DNA from: Eledone cirrhosa
Taxonomy: Eukaryota
Assembly (NCBI GenBank): GCA_964016885.1
Contig: OZ024743.1
Location: 130,386,001 to 130,450,000 of the forward strand
DNA: 64,000 nucleotides
Reading direction: 5' to 3'
How positions within the stretch are numbered: the first letter of the stretch is position 1; each line of letters begins with the position of its first letter. Shown here piece after piece: positions 56,301-64,000 of this stretch. Position numbers and translations under genes: made by a program. A model generated the notes under the pieces. The model saw only the letters and a program-made list of their open reading frames with translations. It did not search any database and was not told the DNA's origin.

Positions 56301-58989
56301 GTGCTTGGTGCTTGGTGCTTGGTCTTTGGTGCTTGGAGTTTGGTGGTTGGTGCTTGGTGCTTGGTGTTTGGTGTTTGGTGTTTGGTGTTTGCTGTTTGGT
56401 GTTTGGTGCTTGGTGCTTGGTGGCTGGTGTTTGGTGCTTGGTGTTTGGATTTTGGTGCTTGGTGCTTGGTGCCTGGTGTTTCGTGCTTGGTGCTTGGTGC
56501 TTGGTGTTTGGTGTTTGGTGCTTGGTGTTTGGTGTTTGGTACTTGGTGCTTGGTGCTTGGTGCTTGGTGTTTGGTGCTTGGTGCTTGGTGATTGGTGTTT
56601 GATGCTGCGTGTCTTGGTGTTTGGTGTTTGGTGCTTGGTGCTTGGTGTTTGGTGTTTGGAGCTTGGTGCCTGGTGTTTGCTGTTTGGTGTCTGCTTTTTG
56701 GTGTTTGGTGTTTGCTGTATGGTGTTTGCTGTTTCGTATTTGGTTTTTGCTGTTTGGTGTTTGGTGTTTGCTGTTTGGTGTTTGGTGTTTGGTGCTTGGT
56801 GCTTGGTCTTTGGTGCTTGGGGTTTGGTGTTTGGTGCTTGGTGCTTGGTGTTTGGTGCCTGGTGCTTGGTGCTTGGTTCTTGGCGTTTGCTGTTTGCTGT
56901 TTGCTGTTTGGTGCTTGCTGTTTGGTGTTTGGTGTTTGGTGTTTGGTGTTTGGTGCTTGCTGTTTGGTGTTTGGTGCTTGGTGCTTGGTGATTAGTGTTT
57001 GGTGCATGGTCCTTGGTGTTTGTTGTTTGGTGCTTGGTGCTTGGTGTTTGGTGCTTGGTGCTTGCTGTTTGGTGCTTGGTGCTTGGTGTTTGGTGTTTGA
57101 TGTTTGGTGCTTGGTGCTTGGTGTTTGGTGCTTGGTGCTTGGTGCTGGGTGTTTGGTGCTTGGTGCTTGGTGTTTGGTGCTTTGTGCTTGGTGCTTGGTG
57201 CTTGGTGTTTGGTCCTTGGTGCTTGGTGCTTGGTCTTTGGTGCTTGGGGTTTGGTGTTTGGTGCTTGGTGCTTGGTGTTTGGTGCTTGGTGCTAGGTGCT
57301 TGGTGCTTGGTGCTTGGTGTTTGGTGTTTGGTGCTTACTGCTTGGTGCTTGGTGTTTGGTGCTTGGTGCTTGCTGTTTGGTGTTTGGTGTTTGGTGCTTG
57401 GTGCTTGGTGTTTGGTGTTTGGTGTTTGGTGATTGGTGTTTGGTGCTTGGTGCTTGGTGTTTGGTGCTTGGTGCTTGGTGCTTGTTGTTTGGTGTTTGGT
57501 GCTTGGTGCCTGGTGCTTGTTGTTTGGTGTTTGGTGCTTAGTGCTTGGTGTTTGGTGTTTGGTGCTTGGTGCTTGGTGGATGGTGTTTGGTGCTTGGTGT
57601 TTGGTGTTTGGTGCTTGGTGCTTGGTGCCTGGTGTTTGGTGCCTGGTGCTTGGTGCATGGTGTTTGGTGTTTGGCGCTTGGTGTTTGGTGTTTGGTACTT
57701 GGTGCTTGGTGCTTGGTGCTTGGTGTTTGGTGCTTGGTGCTTGGTGCTGGGTGATTAGTGTTTGGTGCTTGGTGCTTGGGGTTTGCTGTTTGGTGCTTGG
57801 TGCTTGGTGTTTGGTGCTTGGTGTTTTGTGTTTGGTGTTTGGTGCTTGGTGTATGTACTTGGTGCTTGGTGCTTGGTGTTTGGTGCTTGGTGCTTGGTGT
57901 TTTGTGTTTGGTGTTTGGTGCTTGGTGTATGTACTTGGTGCTTGGTGTTTGGTGTTTGGTGCATGGTGCTTGATGTTTGGGGCTTGGTGCCTGGTGCTTG
58001 GTGTTTGGTGCTTGGTGCTTGGTGCTTGGTGTTTGGTGTTTGGTGCTTGGTGCTTGGTGTTTGGTGCTTGGTGTTTGGTGCTTGGTGTTCGGTGCTTGGT
58101 GCTTGGTGCTTGGTACTTGGTGTTAGGTTTTTGGTGCTTGGTGCTCGGTGTTTGATGTTTGGTCCTTGGTGCTTGGTGTTTGGTGTTTGGTGCTTGGTGC
58201 TTGGTGTTTCGTGTTTGGTGCTTGCTGCTTGCTGCTTGGTGTTTGGTGCTTGGTGATTGGTGCTTGGTGTTTGGTGCTTGGTGCTTGGTGCTTGGTGTTT
58301 GGTGTTTGGTGCTAGGTGCTTGGTGCTTGGTGCTTGGTGTTTGGTGCTTGGTGCTTGGTGTTTGGTGTTTGGTGCTTGGTGCTTGGGGCTTGGTGTTTGG
58401 TGCTTGGTGCTTGCTGTTTGGTGCTTGGTGCTTGGTGCTTTGTGCTTGGTGCTTGGTGTTAGGTGCTTGGTGCTTGGTGCTGGGTGGTTGATGTTTGGTG
58501 CTTGGTGCTTGGTGTTTGGTGCTTGGTGCTTTGTGCTTATTGTTTGGTGCTTGGTGCTTGGTGCTTGGTCTTTGGTGCTTGGTGTTTGGTGTTTGTGCTT
58601 GGTGCTTGGTGCTTGGTGTTTGGTGCTAGGTGCTTGACGCTTGGTGTTTGGTGCTTGGTGCTTGGTGCTTGGTGATTAGTGTTCGGTGCTTGGGGTTTGG
58701 TGTTCGGTGTTTGCTGTTTGGTGTTTGCTGTTTGGTGTCTGCTGTTTGGTGTTTGGTGTTTGCTGTATGGTGTTTGTTGTTTTGTGTTTCGTGTTTGCTG
58801 TTTGGTATTGGGTGCTTGGTGCTTGGTGCTTGGTGCTTGGTGCTTGGTGGCTGGTGTTTGGTGCTTGGTGTTTGGATTTTGGTGCTTGGTGCTTGGTGCC
58901 TGGTGTTTCGTGCTTGGTGCTTGGTGCTTGGTGTTTGGTGTTTGGTGCTTGGTGTTTGGTGTTTGGTACTTGGTGCTTGGTGCTTGGTG

Positions 58990-61540
58990 CTTGGTGTTTG
59001 GTGTTTGGTGCTTGGTGCTTGGGGCTTGGTGTTTGGTGCTTGGTGCTTGGTGCTTGGTGTTTAGTGTTTGGTGTTTGGTGCTTGGTGTTTGGTGCTTGGT
59101 GCTTGGTGCTGGGTGGTTGGTGTTTGGTGCTTGGTGCTTGGTGTTTGGTGCTTGGTGCTTGGTGCTTGTTGTTTGGTGCTTGGTGCTTGGTGCTTGGTCT
59201 TTGGTGCTTGGAGTTTGGTTGTTGGTGCTTGGTGCTTGGTGTTTGGGGTTTGGTGTTTGCTGTTTGGTGTTTGCTGTTTGGTGTCTGCTTTTTGGTGTTT
59301 GGTGTTTGCTGTATGGTGTTTGCTGTTTCGTATTTGGCTTTTGCTGTTTGGTGTTTGGTGTTTGCTGTTTGGTGTATGGTGTTTGGTGTTTGGTGCTTTG
59401 TGCTTGGTGCTTGGTGTTTGGCATTTGGTGCTTGGTGCTTGGTGTTTGGTGCTTGGTGCTTGGTGCTTGGTGTTTGGTGTTTGGTGCTTGGTGCCTGGTG
59501 CTTGTTGTTTGGTGTTTGGTGCTTAGTGCTTGGTGTTTGGTGTTTGGTGCTTGGTGCTTGGTGGCTGGTGTTTGGTGCTTGGTGTTTGGTGGTTGGTGCT
59601 TGGTGCTTGGTGCCTGGTGTTTGGTGCCTGGTGCTTGGTGCTTGGTGTTTGGTATTTGGTGCTTGGTGTTTGGTGTTTGGTCCTTGGTGCTTGGTGCTTG
59701 GTCTTTGCTGCTTGGGGTTTGGTGTTTGGTGCTTGGTGCTTGGTGTTTGGTGCCTGGTGCTTGGTGCTTGGTGTTTGGTGTTTAATGCTTGGTGCTTGGT
59801 GCTTGGTGTTTGGTGCTTGGTGCTTGGTGCTTGGTGTTTGGCGTTTGCTGTTTGCTGTTTGCTGTTTGGTGCTTGCTGTTTGGTGTTTGGTGTTTGGTGT
59901 TTGGTGTTTGGTGCTTGCTGTTTGGTGTTTGGTGCTTGGTGCTTGGTGATTAATGTTTGGTGCATGGTCCTTGGTGTTTGTTGTTTGGTGCTTGGTGCTT
60001 GGTGTTTGGTGCTTGGTGCTTGCTGTTTGGTGGTTGGTGCTTGGTGTTTGGTGTTTGGTGTTTGGTGCTTGGTGCTTGGTGTTTGGTGTTTGGTGCTTGC
60101 TGCTTGGTGCTTGGTGCTTGGTGTTTGGTGCTTGGTGCTTGGTGCTTGGTGTTTGGCGTTTGCTGTTTGCTGTTTGGTGTTTGGTGTTTGCTGTTTGGTG
60201 TTTGCTGTTTGGTGTTTGGTGCTTGGTGCTTGGTGGCTGGTGTTTGGTGCTTGGTGTTTGGATTTTGGTTCTTGGTGCTTGGTGCCTGGTGTTTCGTGCT
60301 TGGTGCTTGGTGCTTGGTGTTTGGTGTTTTGTGCTTGGTGTTTGGTGTTTGGTACTTGGTGCTTGGTGCTTGGTGCTTGGTGGTTGGTGCTTGGTGCTTG
60401 GTGTTTGGTGTTTGGAGCTTGGTGCCTGGTGCTTGTTGTTTGGTGCCTGGTGCTTGTTGTTTGGTGCTTGGTGCTTGGTGGTTGGTGCTTGGTGTTAGGT
60501 GTTTGGTGCTTGGTGCTTGGTGTTTGATGTTTGGTCCCTGGTGCTTGGTGTTTGGTGTTTGGTGCTTGGTGCTTGGTGTTTGGTGTTTGGTGCTTGCTGC
60601 TTGGTGCTTGGTGTTTTGTGTTTGGAGTTTGGTGCTTGGTGTTTGGTGCTTCGGTCTTGGTGCTTGGTGTTTTGTGCTTGGTGCTTGGTGTTTGGTGCTT
60701 GGTGCCTGGTGCTTGGTGTTTGGTGCTTGGTGCTTGGTGTTTGGTGATTGGTGCTTGGTGTTTGGTGCTTGGTGCTTGGTGCTTGGTGCTTGGTGTTAGG
60801 TGTTTGGTGCTTGGTGCTTGGTGTTTGATGTTTGGTGCTTGGTGCTTGGTGTTTGGTGTTTGGTGCTTGGTGCTTGGTGTTAGGTGTTTGGTGCTTGCTG
60901 CTTGCTGCTTGGTGTTTGGTGCTTGGTGATTGGTGCTTGGCGTTTTGTGCTTGGTGCTTGGTGTTTGGTGTTCGGTGCTAGGGGCTTGGTGCTTGGTGCT
61001 TGGTGTTTGGTGCTTGGTGCTTGCTGTTTGGTGTTTGGTGCTTGGTGCGTGGGACTTAGTGTTTGGTGTTTGGTGCTTGGTGTTTGGTGATTGGTGTTTG
61101 GGGCTTGGTGTTCGGTGCTTGGTGCTTGGTGCTTGGGGCTTGGTGTTTGGTGTTTGGTGCTTGGTGCTTGGTGTTTGATGTTGGGTCCTTGGTGCTTGGT
61201 GTTTGGTCTTTGGTGCTTGGTATTTGGTGTTTGGTGCTTGGTGCTTGATGTTTGGTGTTTGGTGCTTGGTGCTTGGGGCTTGGTGTTTGGTGCCTGGGGC
61301 TTGGTGTTTGGTGTTTGGTGCTTGGTGCTTGGGGCTTGGTGTCTGGTGCTTGGTGCTTGGTGCTTGGTGTTTAGTGTTTGGTGTTTGGTGCTTGGTGTTT
61401 GGTGCTTGGTGCTTGGTGCTGGGTGGTTGGTGTTTGGTGCTTGGTGCTTGGTGTTTGGTGCTTGGTGCTTGGTGCTTGTTGTTTGGTGCTTGGTGCTTGG
61501 TGCTTGGTCTTTGGTGCTTGGAGTTTGGTGGTTGGTGCTT
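58990..61540 (-). repeat. Right-arm duplicate of ~53650-56360 (offset ~5.14-5.36 kb)
   Basis: ORF pairs 53715/59068, 54597/59957, 55357/60499, 56018/61203 and 56193/61378. Shared markers GGTCCCTGG, GCTTCGGTCTTGG and GATGTTGGGTCC. Confidence 0.8.
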
Positions 61541-62179
61541 GGTGCTTGGTGTTTGGTGCCTGGTGCTTGGTGCTTCGTGTTTGGCGTTTGCTGTTTGCTG
61601 TTTGCTGTTTGGTGCTTGCTGTTTGGTGTTTGGTGTTTGGTGTTTGGTGTTTGGTGTTTGCTGTTTGCTGTATGGTGTTTGCTGTTTCGTATTTGGTTTT
61701 TGCTGTTTGGTGTTTGGTGTTTGCTGTTTGGTGTTTAGTGTTTGGTGCATGGTCCTTGGTGTTTGTTGTTTGGTGCTTGGTGCTTGGTGTTTGGTGCTTG
61801 GTGCTTGCTGTTTGGTGCTTGGTGCTTGGTGTTTGGTGTTTGGTGTTTGGTGCCTGGTGCTTGGTGTTTGGTGCTTGGTGCTTGGTGCTGGGTGTTTGTT
61901 GCTTGGTGCTTGGTGTTTGGTGCTTGGTGCTTGGTGCTTGGTGCTTGGTGCTTGGTGTTTGGTCCTTGGTGCTTGGTGCTTGGTCTTTGGTGCTTGGGGT
62001 TTGGTGTTTGGTTATTGGTGCTTGGTGTTTGGTGGTTGGTGTTTGGTGCTTGCTGCTTGGTGCTTGGTGTTTGATGCTTGGTGCTTGGTGTTTGGTGTTT
62101 GGTGCTTGGTGCGTGGGACTTGGTGTTTGGTGCTTGGTGTTTGGTGCTTGGTGTTTGGTGCTTGGTGCTTGGTGCTTGG

Positions 62180-63080
62180 TGTTTGGTGTTTGATGCTTGC
62201 TGCCTGGTGCTTGGTGTTTTGTGTTTGGAGCTTGGTGCTTGGTGTTTGGTGCTTCGGTCTTGGTGCTTGGTGTTTGGTGCTTGGTGCTTGGTGTTTGGTG
62301 CTTGGTGCCTGGTGCTTGGTGTTTGGTGCTTGGTGCTTGGTGTTTGGTGATTGGTGCTTGGTGTTTGGTGCTTGGTGCTTGGTGCTTGGTGCTTGGTGTT
62401 AGGTGTTTGGTGGTTGATGCTTGGTGTTTGTTGTTTGGTCCTTGGTGCTTGGTGTTTGGTGCTTGGTGCTTGGTGATTGGTGTTTGGTGTTTGGTGCTTG
62501 CTGCTTGCTGCTTGGTGTTTGGTGCTTGGTGATTGGTGCTTGGTGTTTTGTGCTTGGTGCTTGGTGTTTGGTGTTTGGTGCTAGGGGCTTGGTGCTTGGT
62601 GCTTGGTGTTTGGTGCTTGGTGCTTGCTGTTTGTTGTTTGGTGCTTGGTGCGTGGGACTTAGTGTTTGATGTTTGGTGCTTGGTGTTTGGTGCTTGGTGT
62701 TTGGGGCTTGGTGTTCGGTGCTTGGTGCTTGGTGCTTGGGGCTTGGTGTTTGGTGTTTGGTGCTAGGTGCTTGGTGTTTGATGTTGGGTCCTTGGTGCTT
62801 GGTGTTTGGTGTTTGGTGCTTGGTTTTTGGTGTTTGGTGCTTGGTGCTTGATGTTTGGTGTTTGGTGCTTGGTGCTTGGGGCTTGGTGTTTGGTGCTTGG
62901 TGCTTGGTGTTTGGTGTTTGGTACTTGGTGCTTGGGGCTTGGTGTTTGGTGCTTGGTGCTTGGTGCTTGGTGTTTAGTGTTTGGTGTTTGGTGCTTGGTG
63001 TTTGGTGCTTGGTGCTTGGTGCTGGGTGGTTGGTGTTTGGTGCTTGGTGCTTGGTGTTTGGTGCTTGGTGCTTGGTGCTT
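62180..63080 (-). repeat. Right-arm duplicate of ~60580-61480 (offset 1603 bp)
   Basis: ORF pairs 60930/62533, 61063/62666, 61203/62806 and 61378/62981 are all offset by 1603. Shared markers GCTAGGGGC and GCGTGGGACTTAG. Confidence 0.85.
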
Positions 63081-64000
63081 GGTCTTTGGTGCTTGGAGTA
63101 TGGTGGTTGGTGCTTGGTGCTTGGTGTTTGGTGTTTGGTGTTTGCTGTTTGGTGTTTGCTGTTTGGTGTCTGCTTTTTGGTGTTTGGTGTTTGCTGTATG
63201 GTGTTTGCTGTTTCGTATTTGGTTTTTGCTGTTTGGTGTTTGGTGTTTGCTGTTTGGTGTTTGGTGTTTGGTGTTTGGTGCTTTGTGCTTGGTGCTTGGT
63301 GTTTGGCATTTGGTGCTTGGTGCTTGGTGTTTGGTGCTTGGTGCTTGGTGTTTGGTGTTTGGTGCTTGGTGCCTGGTGCTTGTTGTATGCTGTTTGGTGC
63401 TTGGTGCTTGGTGTTTGGTGTTTGCTGCTTGGTGTCTGGTGTTTGGTGCTTGGTGTTTGGTGTTTGGTGCTTGGTGCTTGGTGCTTGGTATTTGGTGTTT
63501 GATGCTTGGTGCTTGGTGATTGTTGTTTGGTGCTGGGTGCTTGGAGTTTGGTGCTTGGTGCTTGGTGCTTAGTGCTTGGTGTTTGGTGTTTGGTGCTTGG
63601 TGTTGGGTTTTTGCTGTTTGATGCTTGGTGTGTGCTGCTTGGTGCTTGGTGCTTGGTGTTTTGTGTTTGGTGCTTGGTGCTTGGTGCCTGGTGCTTGGTG
63701 CTTGGTGCTTGTTGTTTGGTGCTTGGTGCTTGGTGATTAGTGTTTGGTGCTTGGTGCTTGGGGTTTGCTGTTTGGTGCTTGGTGCTTGGTGTTTGGTGCT
63801 TGGTGCTTGGTGTTTGGTGTTTGGTGCTTGGTGCTTGGTGTTTGGGTTTTGGTGCTTGGTGCTTGGTGTTTGGTGTTTGGTGCTTGGTGTTTGGTGCTTG
63901 GTGTTTGGTGCTGAGTGCTTGGTGTTTGGTGTTTGACGCTTGGTGTTTGATGCTTGTTGCTTGGTGCTTGGTGTTTTGTGTTTGGTGTTTGGTGCTTGGT

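Larger units (their letters stand above)
49608..64000 (-). repeat. Same 7-bp satellite in inverted orientation, (CTTGGTG/TTTGGTG)n; runs off the right edge
   Basis: The top strand becomes the reverse complement of the monomer from 49608. + frames now give WCLVLGA/WCLVFGV repeats and - frames give HQAPSTK. Confidence 0.99.

Noticed and set aside
32-63936. Hundreds of ORFs up to 1220 aa (e.g. 12959..16621 +, 58676..61750 -) resembling mucin-like or membrane proteins
   Set aside because: They occur in all six frames with the same 7-aa repeat, start at chance ATG/GTG/TTG variants and contain no non-repetitive domain. This is the expected product of a stop-free heptamer.
1-64000. CRISPR array or other repeat-spacer system
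   Set aside because: There are no unique spacers and no cas or other genes. All variation is point change within the 7-bp register.
1-64000. Canonical telomere tract or telomere-telomere fusion
   Set aside because: The monomer is not TTAGGG, TTTAGGG or TTAGG and lacks GGG. Kb-scale copied variant patterns indicate recombinational amplification rather than fresh telomerase synthesis. The junction polarity is opposite to a fusion.
1-64000. Taxonomic assignment, e.g. Drosophila virilis-group 7-bp satellites (AAACTAC/AAACAAC) or cyanobacterial heptamer STRR repeats
   Set aside because: The unit length is the same but the consensus differs (AARCACC). Similarity between 7-mers is uninformative, and a database search would be needed.
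1-64000. Deliberate or functional 'binary code' in the A/G choice at monomer position 7
   Set aside because: The pattern is adequately explained by inheritance through nested duplication. Nothing in the sequence indicates a reader or a synthetic design.

Overview
The whole 64 kb window is one simple-sequence satellite with no unique DNA and no credible gene. It is about 9,100 copies of a 7-bp monomer, CACCAAR (CACCAAG/CACCAAA), interspersed with recurrent single-base variants such as CAGCAAA, CACCAAT, CGCCAAR, CCCCAAG, TACCAAR and CACTAAA. From 1 to 49607 the A/C-rich strand is on top. At 49607/49608 the array inverts with no spacer (CACCAAG|CTTGGTG, a 40-bp perfect palindrome centred on AAGCTT), and the G/T-rich strand (YTTGGTG) is on top to the end. 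Read as a barcode, the variant monomers show a hierarchy in the left arm: 7 bp, then ~1.1-1.6 kb (some ~2.7-3.2 kb) higher-order repeats, then ~10-13 kb super-units. This arm has near-exact duplications at offsets of 2959, 2701, 1288 and 11873 bp, and the order decays towards the junction. The right arm has a different variant barcode and a patchwork duplication pattern, so it is not a mirror copy of the left. All listed ORFs are by-products of a stop-free heptamer. The organism cannot be identified from the sequence. The architecture resembles eukaryotic heterochromatic (pericentromeric or subtelomeric) satellite. All counts and comparisons were made by eye or from the ORF-track offsets.
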